Source: Bacteroidia bacterium
GTDB lineage: Bacteria > Bacteroidota > Bacteroidia > AKYH767-A > OLB10
Length of the DNA: 64,000 nt
Direction: 5' to 3'
Assembly: GCA_016788165.1 (NCBI GenBank)
Contig: JAEUTH010000004.1
Coordinates: 2,522 to 66,521 of the forward strand
Below, piece after piece: positions 56,457 to 64,000 of this stretch. A model generated the notes under the pieces. The model searched no databases. It saw nothing but the letters and a program-made list of their open reading frames with translations, and had not been told where the DNA came from. The position numbers and the translations under genes were made by a program. Position 1 is the first letter of the stretch. The number at the start of each line of letters is the position of its first letter.

Positions 56457-58511
56457 ATGAAAAAACTGATTTTTACAGCTTACTTATTGCTTCTGTTTTT
56501 CAATAGTTATTCGCAATGTAATACCAACACCAGCCCGGGCAACTCTTCGGCTACAGGTTGTGTTTGTAAGGATGGCTCGCAACAATGCGATTTGTTGCCG
56601 GACTTAAAAATAGGGCCGCCACCATTTTATGATAGCGGCACATTTGGTATCATAGAATACGCGCAAAGTGGAAATATTGATCCGGCAGACAATGGAAAAC
56701 TTAAAGTTACCGTAAGTACACCTAATATCGGACATGGCGCTTTGGAGATACATGCAACACAGATTTTTGTTTGTGATACGGATACTTTTTTTGGTACACC
56801 ACCTGCTCAATGTGCTAATGGAACTTTTCCACGCATCCTAATTAATCAACGCATTTATCATAAAAACAACAATACGATGTCGTTTTATGATGTACCGGCT
56901 GGCACCATGACGTACCACCCTACGCATGGCCACATGCATGTTGACGATTGGGGCACCTATACTTTACGAACTGCTACAAGCAACCCCGACCCTATGACTT
57001 GGCCCATTGTTGGCGCTGGTGCCAAGCTGGCTTTTTGTGTAATGGATTACGGCACTTGTGATGATTATCCCAATCATTGCCAAAACGACCAAGGCATAAC
57101 CTTAAACAATATTGACTTTCCAAACTTTGGATTAGGTGGTGGTATTTTTGCCTGCGACCCGCAAGTACAAGGCATTTCATCGGGTTTTACAGATATTTAT
57201 TGGACTTCGTTAGAAGGTATGCATGTTAACATTCCGCCTTGCTTACCAAATGGCACTTATTGGTTGGTATGTAAACTCGATCCGAATAACAATTTTATTG
57301 AAGAAAATGAAAACAATAATGTTTTTGCCATTCAATACACACTTACCAAACAAGACGGTGTAGCCAGTATTAATAACCTGGGTAATACACCTTATTTGTG
57401 CCCGGGCAATAGTGTAGTGCTTAGTGCTAGCGATAACGGCAGCAGTTACATGTGGTCAAGTGGTCAAACCACACAAAATATTTCAGTTAACTTACCGGGG
57501 GTATATACCGTAAGTTATACAAGCGCTTGTGGCAATACCAGTACAGCTTCTTATAATTTACAAGCATTATCATTAGCAACACCTGCTGTCAATAATGTTA
57601 ATTTGCCAGTGCCGGGCACAGCTACACTTACGGCTAATGGCCAACACGTTATAAAGTGGTATGATGATGCAATGGCGACCAATTTAGTGCATGTTGGCAA
57701 CACGTTTACTACGCCATTTCTAAACAATAATACAGCCTATTATGCGGCCGATGTATTTTTAGCACCAGGCCAATCGGGCTTTGTTGGGCCTGCAAATAAT
57801 ACTGTTGGTGCATCGGCATTAAACAATAGTAACCAACGCTATCTGGTTTTTTCGGCATATAAACCATGTAAGATAAATTTTGTTACCGCATACGCAGGCA
57901 ACCCGGGCAACAGAACCATTGAGTTACGCGATGCAAATGGCAATGTACTTCAATCAAAAACCTTTAGCCTTACTACTGGTGCCAACCTTTTAAACCTTGA
58001 TTTTACGGTTAACCCCGGAGTTAATTATCAATTGGGTTTATCGGCTACTTCTATTGCCGATTTGCATCGAAACAGCAGTGGTATAACATATCCCTACCAA
58101 TTAAACAATTTACTGGATATCACAGGCTCATCAGCCGGCAGTGCGTATTATTACTTCTTCTATAACTGGCAAGTATCAGAACCCGACTTTGAATGCAGCA
58201 GTCCGCTTGCAGTTGGCCAAGTTACTATTGGCCCAGTAGGAATTAATGACTTCGATTTTGAACGAACCATTCAGGTATTTCCCAACCCTACAAACAATAT
58301 GGTACAAGTTGCATTTGCAGTAAATGAATTTACCGAAGCTAAAATTATAGTATCAGATATTACCGGTAAACAGGTGTATAGTTATAGTAACAATCAAAAG
58401 GCCGGTGTTTTTAATCACCATTTAAATTTAAGCAAACTGCTTGCCGGTGTATATCAACTTTCTATTTACGTAAATAACAAACCATACCATCAAAAACTAA
58501 TTAAGTACTAA
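56457..58511 (+). CDS. T9SS cargo protein with N-terminal lysyl-oxidase (LOX, copper/LTQ amine oxidase) catalytic domain
   Basis: Signal peptide MKKLIFTAYLLLLFFNSYSQ. LOX motifs: copper His triad YHPTHGHMH (LOX has WHSCHQHYH). AKLAFCVMDYGTC (LOX has HKASFCLEDTSC, including the LTQ Lys). GFTDIYWTSLEGMHVNIPPCLPNGTYWLVCKLDP (LOX has [32 protein letters not shown], including the LTQ Tyr). C-terminal type-A T9SS CTD (VFPNPTNNMVQVAF...GVYQLSIYVNNK). The ORF is open from 56223, but 56457 gives the signal peptide. Confidence 0.75.
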   Translation: MKKLIFTAYLLLLFFNSYSQCNTNTSPGNSSATGCVCKDGSQQCDLLPDLKIGPPPFYDSGTFGIIEYAQSGNIDPADNGKLKVTVSTPNIGHGALEIHATQIFVCDTDTFFGTPPAQCANGTFPRILINQRIYHKNNNTMSFYDVPAGTMTYHPTHGHMHVDDWGTYTLRTATSNPDPMTWPIVGAGAKLAFCVMDYGTCDDYPNHCQNDQGITLNNIDFPNFGLGGGIFACDPQVQGISSGFTDIYWTSLEGMHVNIPPCLPNGTYWLVCKLDPNNNFIEENENNNVFAIQYTLTKQDGVASINNLGNTPYLCPGNSVVLSASDNGSSYMWSSGQTTQNISVNLPGVYTVSYTSACGNTSTASYNLQALSLATPAVNNVNLPVPGTATLTANGQHVIKWYDDAMATNLVHVGNTFTTPFLNNNTAYYAADVFLAPGQSGFVGPANNTVGASALNNSNQRYLVFSAYKPCKINFVTAYAGNPGNRTIELRDANGNVLQSKTFSLTTGANLLNLDFTVNPGVNYQLGLSATSIADLHRNSSGITYPYQLNNLLDITGSSAGSAYYYFFYNWQVSEPDFECSSPLAVGQVTIGPVGINDFDFERTIQVFPNPTNNMVQVAFAVNEFTEAKIIVSDITGKQVYSYSNNQKAGVFNHHLNLSKLLAGVYQLSIYVNNKPYHQKLIKY

Positions 58512-58519
58512 TACCCCAC

Positions 58520-58867
58520 ATGGATATTGAGTGGATCCGCATTTATTGTTTGCAAAAACAAGCGGTAACAGAGTGCTTGCCTTTTGACGAAAACACCCTG
58601 GTTTTTAAAGTAATGGATAAAATGTTTTTGCTGCTCGACTTAAATGGTAACACTTTTAATACAAAATGTAATCCTGAATATGCAATAGAGCTGAGAGATA
58701 CGTATGAAGCCATAACCCCCGGTTACCATATGAATAAAAAATATTGGAACACCATTGTGTATAGCGAATTGCCCAACAACATTGTCCTCGCCTTGATTGA
58801 TCATTCCTACAATGAAGTAGTTGCAGGCTTTACTAAGAAACAAAAACTGGCCCTGAACCACCATTAA
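58520..58867 (+). CDS. MmcQ/YjbR-family DNA-binding protein
   Basis: 115 aa. The fold motif YCLQKQAVTECLPFDENTLVFKVMDKMF is typical of MmcQ/YjbR. Confidence 0.65.
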   Translation: MDIEWIRIYCLQKQAVTECLPFDENTLVFKVMDKMFLLLDLNGNTFNTKCNPEYAIELRDTYEAITPGYHMNKKYWNTIVYSELPNNIVLALIDHSYNEVVAGFTKKQKLALNHH

Positions 58868-59064
58868 AATGAAATTTTAATGATAAACAGTTATTTGTTA
58901 GTGAATAAATGTGAAGCACTTACAATGAAATAAAAATGTTACCGTTATTTGCATCAGAAAGTAAGGATTAGGGGTAATAATTATTTTCATGAAAACCGGA
59001 TAAGGCCTTTGCCACCGGTTTTTTTTATGCCTTTACAGTTTTATTTTTAATAAAACAACGCAAT

Positions 59065-59100
59065 AAAAAAGCCCCACTTGGATAACCAAGTGGGGCTTTT
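59065..59100 (-). terminator. intrinsic terminator of the rplU-rpmA operon
   Basis: Stem GCCCCACTTGG / CCAAGTGGGGC with loop ATAA. Flanked by A6 upstream and T4 downstream on the + strand, which gives U6 on the - strand transcript. Lies 20 nt past the rpmA stop. Confidence 0.8.
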
Positions 59101-59119
59101 ATTATAAATCTTTTATTGA

Positions 59120-59377
59120 TTACGCCTGTGCTTCTATTGAAACGTAAGAGCGATCGTCTGCCTTTTTGCGGAACACAACTTTACCATCTGCCAAAGCAAA
59201 TAAAGTATGGTCTTTTCCGATACCAACATTTTGACCTGGGTAATGTTTTGTACCACGCTGACGAACAATGATATTACCGGCTATTGCCAATTGACCACCA
59301 TATATTTTAACGCCTAAACGTTTACTATGCGATTCGCGACCGTTTTTCGAACTACCGACACCTTTCTTATGAGCCAT
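59120..59377 (-). CDS. rpmA: 50S ribosomal protein L27
   Basis: [24 protein letters not shown]... Confidence 0.95.
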   Translation of the reverse strand: MAHKKGVGSSKNGRESHSKRLGVKIYGGQLAIAGNIIVRQRGTKHYPGQNVGIGKDHTLFALADGKVVFRKKADDRSYVSIEAQA

Positions 59378-59412
59378 TTTCTGAGTTTTTAAAAATTAGA
59401 GATTGATTAAAA

Positions 59413-59724
59413 TTAAATTGAAATGCTTTCAATTTGAATTTTTGTGAATTGCTGACGGTGACCATTTAATTTTTGGTAACCTTTTCTGCGTTTCTTTTTA
59501 AATACCAATACCTTATCGCCTTTGGCGTGATTAAGCACTTTGGCAATAACTTTTGCACCACTTACAGTAGGCGCGCCAACTTTAACAGAACCATCGTTAT
59601 CAACAAGTAAAACCTCGTTAAATTCAACATTGGCTCCTGCTGCTGCATCCAGGCGGTGAACAAACAAACTTTGATTGTTCTGCACTTTAAATTGTTGGCC
59701 TGCAATGTTTACAATTGCGTACAT
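59413..59724 (-). CDS. rplU: 50S ribosomal protein L21
   Basis: [14 protein letters not shown]...; 103 aa. Confidence 0.95.
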   Translation of the reverse strand: MYAIVNIAGQQFKVQNNQSLFVHRLDAAAGANVEFNEVLLVDNDGSVKVGAPTVSGAKVIAKVLNHAKGDKVLVFKKKRRKGYQKLNGHRQQFTKIQIESISI

Positions 59725-59764
59725 GAGTTTTGTGTTTTAATTAAAGAACCATTTTTTGGGTCGG

Positions 59765-59772
59765 CAAAAGTA
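59765..59772 (-). promoter_or_regulatory. candidate Bacteroidota sigma-A -7 box (TAnnTTTG) for the rplU-rpmA operon
   Basis: The - strand reads TACTTTTG about 40 nt upstream of the rplU ATG. A TTG lies about 22 nt further upstream, a possible -33 element. Confidence 0.3.
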
Positions 59773-59942
59773 TTAAAATGATTAACTAAAACAACAGTTA
59801 TATGTTTTAAAGTTCGTAAATGTTAATGAAGCACCACTAACAAATAACCCGTAAATAATAAAATAGTTGCAACCAAAGCATCAGCCTACCCACTAAATTT
59901 TACTTTTGCAGCCCTTTAAAAAGAAAGTAAACAAGGCCAATA

Positions 59943-61493
59943 ATGATTAATAAAAAACTTGCCATGCTGCTAACCAGCATGCTTACCTATACAGGTTCAA
60001 TGGCGCAATCTGTATTTCAAAAAACTTACACGCAAGGTATTAACACCGAATTCACACAGATTATCAATACATCTGATGGAGGCTTTGCAAATATTGGTTC
60101 ATTTAATAACTCCAATGATGATATTTGCTTAGTTAAAACTGACGCTATTGGCAATGTACAGTTTACTACCACTTTAACAAGCCCAACCTTAGAAAACGCA
60201 AAAGGCGTTATTCAAACAAACAGCGGAGATTATATAATTTGTGGTAACATTACCATTAACAATACGAATGCTATTTACCTGGCAGCCATTAATGCTTCCG
60301 GTAGTTTATTATGGCAAAAATATTATGATGCCGGCAAAACAGATGTTGCAAACAGTATAAAATTGGCAGCAAATGGCGATTTTATAATTGCAGGTTATAC
60401 TACCTCAGTTGGTATTGCTTATCCTAAAGGTTTATTAATGCGTACCGATGCTGCCGGAAACCTTTTATGGTCGAAAGCTTACACACAAATACACACTCAA
60501 ACATTTAATAAAGTTATCGAAGCAAGTGACGGAAGTCTTATTGCTGTGGGTAGCCAAGTTGCTTTCGGAAATACCGACTACGATTGGGTTGTTTTGCATA
60601 CCGATAGTGCAGGCACATTAATTTGGAACTATACCTATGGTGATTTAAGCGATGAAGAAGCTTATGATATAATACAGGTTGGTGGATATTATTATGTTAC
60701 CGGTTATACTGCATCGGCAGGTGCCGGTAGTCGCGATATGTTTGTGATGCAATTAGGTTTGGCAGGTAATATTTTAGGCGGTACGGTAATTGGTACTGAA
60801 AAAAGCGAAACTGCTTTTAATATCCACTATTACGATAATACATCGTTGGCTATAACCGGAGTTTCGGAAATTACCAGTGCAGCCGGTAATAAAGAAGTTG
60901 GAACCATACTTCGTACTGACTTCTTATTAAATCCCTATCAGGCTACCTATTTGGGTGATTCAAATGCGGTTTTTAATCCCATATCTTCTGTTGTTAACGC
61001 AACAGGTAAAATAGCATTAAGTGGAAAATACAAAGCACCCGGCAATACCAACTTCGAAGGGTTACTGATGCAAAACAATTTGGCTTACAGTGCAGCATGT
61101 AACGAACTATATCCTACAATTTTAACTTCAAACTATATTCCAAACCATAATGCACAAACCACTGAATTATTGGTAACTTTTGCCACACAGGCTGCAAATT
61201 TAGTTGCCAACAATCCAACCATCACACTCAATACGTTGTGTTTCAGTACAGGATTAGAAAATAAAAACAAGCATTTGGTTGGCTATCCAAATCCGGCAAC
61301 TGATTTTATAAATTTAGATGCAATTTGGCATGGATCTTCAATTCAAATCAGTAATTTGCAAGGAAAGCTTAGTATAGAAGCAACTTTATCAAACGATTAT
61401 AAAATTGATGTAAAATCGCTACAGCCCGGTCTTTATATAGCAACAATAAATAAATACCAAGAGCAATTTCGATTCAAATTTGTAAAACAATAA
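59943..61493 (+). CDS. T9SS cargo protein, beta-propeller-like repeat protein with C-terminal T9SS sorting domain
   Basis: Signal peptide (MLTYTGSMAQS). Repeated S/T-D-G-x-hydrophobic-x-x-G modules (SDGGFANIG, NSGDYIICG, ANGDFIIAG, SDGSLIAVG, VGGYYYVTG). Type-A CTD (GYPNPATDFINLD...GLYIATINKYQEQFRFKFVKQ). Confidence 0.7.
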   Translation: MINKKLAMLLTSMLTYTGSMAQSVFQKTYTQGINTEFTQIINTSDGGFANIGSFNNSNDDICLVKTDAIGNVQFTTTLTSPTLENAKGVIQTNSGDYIICGNITINNTNAIYLAAINASGSLLWQKYYDAGKTDVANSIKLAANGDFIIAGYTTSVGIAYPKGLLMRTDAAGNLLWSKAYTQIHTQTFNKVIEASDGSLIAVGSQVAFGNTDYDWVVLHTDSAGTLIWNYTYGDLSDEEAYDIIQVGGYYYVTGYTASAGAGSRDMFVMQLGLAGNILGGTVIGTEKSETAFNIHYYDNTSLAITGVSEITSAAGNKEVGTILRTDFLLNPYQATYLGDSNAVFNPISSVVNATGKIALSGKYKAPGNTNFEGLLMQNNLAYSAACNELYPTILTSNYIPNHNAQTTELLVTFATQAANLVANNPTITLNTLCFSTGLENKNKHLVGYPNPATDFINLDAIWHGSSIQISNLQGKLSIEATLSNDYKIDVKSLQPGLYIATINKYQEQFRFKFVKQ

Positions 61494-61506
61494 AAATGCA
61501 ACCCGC

Positions 61507-63552
61507 ATGAAAAAACAATTCTTTGTAATAATGTTGCCTTTCCTAATAGGAAGTGCATGTGCGCAAACTTTAACCCCTGAAATTTTAATGTCGCTTAAAC
61601 GGGTTAACGAACCACGTTTATCGCCCGATGGCAGCAAAATTTTATACCAGGTTCGTACTATGGATGTAGGTGCAAATACGGGCAATACCGATATTTATAT
61701 TATGGATGCCGATGGAAAAAATGTAAAACCATTGGCAAACACCGCTACAAATGAAACCTCGGCAAAATGGATTGAACAAGGCAATAAAATTGCTTACCTA
61801 ACCGAAACCGGAGGCGAAACACAACTTTTCGAGATGTTACCCGATGGTGGCAATAAAACACAGGTTACGGCCCATAAAGGCGGCATAACCAATTACGGAT
61901 ACTCGAAACAAGGCAATTATTTTTGGTTTAGTGCCGATGTTAAATTGGAACAAAACCCTGCCGAAATTTATCCTGACTTACCTAAAGTTAACGGTGCGCG
62001 CATTATTGATGGATTAAACTACCGTCATTGGAATGTTTGGAGTGATTATACCTACTCGCACATTTTTGTAGGACGTAAAGTGGGTGGGAAACTGATAAGC
62101 ACCAACGACATTATGAGCAATGAGCGTTTTGATGCACCCAATAAGCCCAACGATGGTGATGAGCAAATGGCATTTAGTGCAGACGAAAAATACCTGGCTT
62201 ATGCCTGTAAAAAATTACGCGGAACCGATTACGCAGTTAGCACCAACACCGATATTTATTTATTCGATTTAACTGCCAATACCACAACCAATATTAGCAG
62301 CAATATGCCGGGATATGACAACATGCCTGTTTTTGCTCCCGATAACAAATCCATACTTTGGTTAAGCATGGCAGAGGCTGGTTACGAAGCCGACCGTACT
62401 CGTTTAATGCAATGCGATTTAGCTACAAAAAACACCAAAGAGTTGCTTTCCAACTTTGATTACAGTATTGGCAAGTTCGATTTTAATGCTTTGGGCAACA
62501 AAATATATTTCATAGCAGGCGTAGAAGCAACCGACCAGCTTTTTAGTTTAGATGTTGCATCAAAAAGCAAAAACACCTTACGCAAAATTACCAATGTAGA
62601 AGCCGATATTACCGACTTGAGCATTGCCACCAAAAATAAAGAAGATAAAATAATTGTTGCCCTTATGCGCCACGATTTACCTACTGAAATTTTTAATGTT
62701 GATTTAAAAACCGGAAACACATTACAAATCTCTGCTGTAAACAAAGCACTGTTAAGCAACATAAAAATGGGCAAGTCGCAAAAACGTATGGTTAAAACCA
62801 GCGATGGCAAAGCCATGCTAACGTGGGTAATATACCCACCCGATTTCGACCCGGCAAAAAAATACCCTGCATTACTTTATTGCCAGGGCGGGCCGCAAAG
62901 TACCGTTTCGCAATTTTTTAGTTACCGATGGAATTTTGAACTTATGGCCGCTAATGGTTATATTGTAGTGGCACCTAACCGCAGGGGATTGCCATCTTTT
63001 GGCGAAACCTGGAATGATGCCATTAGAAACGACTGGGGCGGACAAGCCATGACCGATTTGCTTTCGGCTATTGATGATGTGGCCAATGAACCATACGTTG
63101 ATAAAAACAAGTTGGCTTGTGTGGGTGCAAGCTTTGGTGGTTATTCTGCATTTTGGTTAGCTGGTCATCACAACAAAAGGTTTAAAGCTTTTATTGCCCA
63201 TTGCGGTGTATTTAATTTAGAATCAATGTATGGCACCACTGAAGAAATTTGGTTTACAAACACCGACATGGGTGGCCCGTATTGGAACAACCCCAAACCA
63301 AAAAGCTATACACAATTCTCGCCCCATAATTTTGTGCAAAACTGGGATACCCCCATGCTGGTTATCCATAATGAAAAAGATTTCCGTGTGCCCTTATCGC
63401 AAGGCATGGAAGCTTTTACAGCGGCCCAATTGCGTGGCATACCCAGTAGGTTTTTATACTTCCCTGACGAAGGGCATTGGGTTCAAAAACCGCAAAACTC
63501 CATTTTATGGCAACGTGTGTTTTTTGATTGGCTGAACAAATATGTAAAATAA
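61507..63552 (+). CDS. S9-family serine peptidase (prolyl oligopeptidase / acylaminoacyl-peptidase-like) with N-terminal beta-propeller
   Basis: Signal peptide. TolB-like propeller repeats. Catalytic Ser motif GASFGGYSA, with Asp and His in the C-terminal alpha/beta-hydrolase domain (DFRVP...EGHW). Confidence 0.85.
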   Translation: MKKQFFVIMLPFLIGSACAQTLTPEILMSLKRVNEPRLSPDGSKILYQVRTMDVGANTGNTDIYIMDADGKNVKPLANTATNETSAKWIEQGNKIAYLTETGGETQLFEMLPDGGNKTQVTAHKGGITNYGYSKQGNYFWFSADVKLEQNPAEIYPDLPKVNGARIIDGLNYRHWNVWSDYTYSHIFVGRKVGGKLISTNDIMSNERFDAPNKPNDGDEQMAFSADEKYLAYACKKLRGTDYAVSTNTDIYLFDLTANTTTNISSNMPGYDNMPVFAPDNKSILWLSMAEAGYEADRTRLMQCDLATKNTKELLSNFDYSIGKFDFNALGNKIYFIAGVEATDQLFSLDVASKSKNTLRKITNVEADITDLSIATKNKEDKIIVALMRHDLPTEIFNVDLKTGNTLQISAVNKALLSNIKMGKSQKRMVKTSDGKAMLTWVIYPPDFDPAKKYPALLYCQGGPQSTVSQFFSYRWNFELMAANGYIVVAPNRRGLPSFGETWNDAIRNDWGGQAMTDLLSAIDDVANEPYVDKNKLACVGASFGGYSAFWLAGHHNKRFKAFIAHCGVFNLESMYGTTEEIWFTNTDMGGPYWNNPKPKSYTQFSPHNFVQNWDTPMLVIHNEKDFRVPLSQGMEAFTAAQLRGIPSRFLYFPDEGHWVQKPQNSILWQRVFFDWLNKYVK

Positions 63553-63588
63553 CAGCAACGGCTGCCCAAGGGCAGCCGTTGCTGTTTC
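63553..63588 (+). terminator. intrinsic terminator after the S9 peptidase gene
   Basis: Perfect 15-bp stem CAGCAACGGCTGCCC / GGGCAGCCGTTGCTG with loop AAG. It begins one nt after the stop codon. The downstream T-tract is short (TTT). Confidence 0.65.
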
Positions 63589-63711
63589 ACCCTCCCTTTT
63601 AACTCCCCCCTTTCAACTCTCAACTCCTTTGCTATCTTTACCACTTTCAAAACCAAGTTTCCCTTAACCCTTTAATTTTATCTGTTATGTAAAACGTAGT
63701 AATGAAAAAAT

Positions 63712-63739
63712 CACACACACACACACACACACACACACA
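63712..63739 (+). repeat. (CA)14 dinucleotide microsatellite within the 5' coding end of a T9SS-cargo paralogue
   Basis: A 28-bp perfect CA tract starts 10 nt after an ATG AAA AAA TCA start at 63702. In that frame it encodes (His-Thr)n. Confidence 0.9.
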
Positions 63740-63781
63740 ACAAAAATCAGCAGTTGTGCAAGTAAAATCTTATTTATTTTA

Positions 63782-64000
63782 ATGCTAATGGCAATGCAAC
63801 TGCAAGGCCAAAGTCCTTTATGGACACAGCAATACAGCACACCTGCTTACGATGCAGGCTTTTCGGTTTCAAAAACTTTTGACAGTGGTTTTATTGTTGG
63901 CGGCATTACCACCAACGACAACAACACCAAAGACATTTTACTGATTAAACTCAATGCCGCAGGCGATACCCTGTGGACACATACCTACGGCAGCAGCTAC
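63782..64000 (+). CDS. paralogue of the 59943..61493 beta-propeller-like T9SS cargo protein, 3'-truncated by window end; signal peptide currently out of frame (see repeat 63712..63739)
   Basis: From the ATG at 63782 the frame reads MLMAMQLQGQSPLWTQQYSTPAYDAGFSVSKTFDSGFIVGGITTNDNNTKDILLIKLNAAGDTLWTHTYGSSY. This is homologous to the N-terminus of the 59943 product (SDGGF..G..NN..D..L.K.DA.GN). The upstream ATG at 63702 (MKKS(HT)n...) is in a different frame and terminates at 63780-63782. Confidence 0.55.
   Translation, partial: MLMAMQLQGQSPLWTQQYSTPAYDAGFSVSKTFDSGFIVGGITTNDNNTKDILLIKLNAAGDTLWTHTYGSSY

Noticed and set aside
58990-59026. Hairpin AAACCGG...CCGGTTT plus T8, downstream of the MmcQ gene
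   Set aside because: The stem is only 6-7 bp with a 15-nt loop. The T8 run is suggestive, but the structure is marginal. It could be a weak terminator for the + strand gene.
63712-63739. CA tract as part of a CRISPR array or mobile-element terminal repeat
   Set aside because: It is a single simple dinucleotide tract with no spacer-repeat periodicity, no cas genes, and no inverted repeats or transposase nearby.
1-64000. tRNA, rRNA, transposase, integrase or prophage signatures
   Set aside because: Intergenic regions over 150 bp were inspected and are AT-rich, without tRNA-like GC-rich cloverleaf segments. No ORF shows DDE or tyrosine-recombinase motifs.

Overview
Chromosomal window from an AT-rich Bacteroidota genome (Sphingobacteriia/Chitinophagia-like). 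Evidence for the phylum: several proteins with type IX secretion (T9SS) C-terminal sorting domains, a CarbopepD-type TonB-dependent receptor, a TAnnTTTG-type -7 promoter box, and protein coding that largely ignores Shine-Dalgarno signals. About 52 genes are densely packed on both strands. Housekeeping genes include recQ (5' part), kdsD, tatC, recG, feoAB, anmK, pdhA plus E2, ade, ispF, cdd, trpS, plsC, pyk and rplU-rpmA. The accessory content has three main parts. First, a putative cyclic-nucleotide signalling island at about 17.7-29.5 kb. It holds a 1773-aa protein (Ser/Thr kinase, STAND-like ATPase, TPR, GAF, class III nucleotidyl cyclase), an MpaB-like protein, a SAM methyltransferase, an HD phosphohydrolase, a stand-alone cNMP-binding protein, and a TLC-family (ATP/ADP-translocase-like) transporter fused to HEAT repeats. 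Second, a (CA)14 dinucleotide tract sits inside the 5' coding end of a T9SS cargo paralogue at the window edge. It currently puts the signal peptide out of frame, which makes it a candidate phase-variable contingency locus. Third, several T9SS cargo proteins: an S1 protease, a CotH-LTD protein, a genuine lysyl-oxidase-domain protein and a beta-propeller-like protein. Other accessory items are a sulfotransferase-flippase-CysQ module, a VTC/DUF4956/DUF2490 triad, a Wzc-Wza pair, and an arfB gene interrupted by an in-frame TAA. No CRISPR, transposase, integrase, tRNA or rRNA was detected by eye. Six intrinsic terminator hairpins and a palindromic Fur-box-like site upstream of feoAB are visible.
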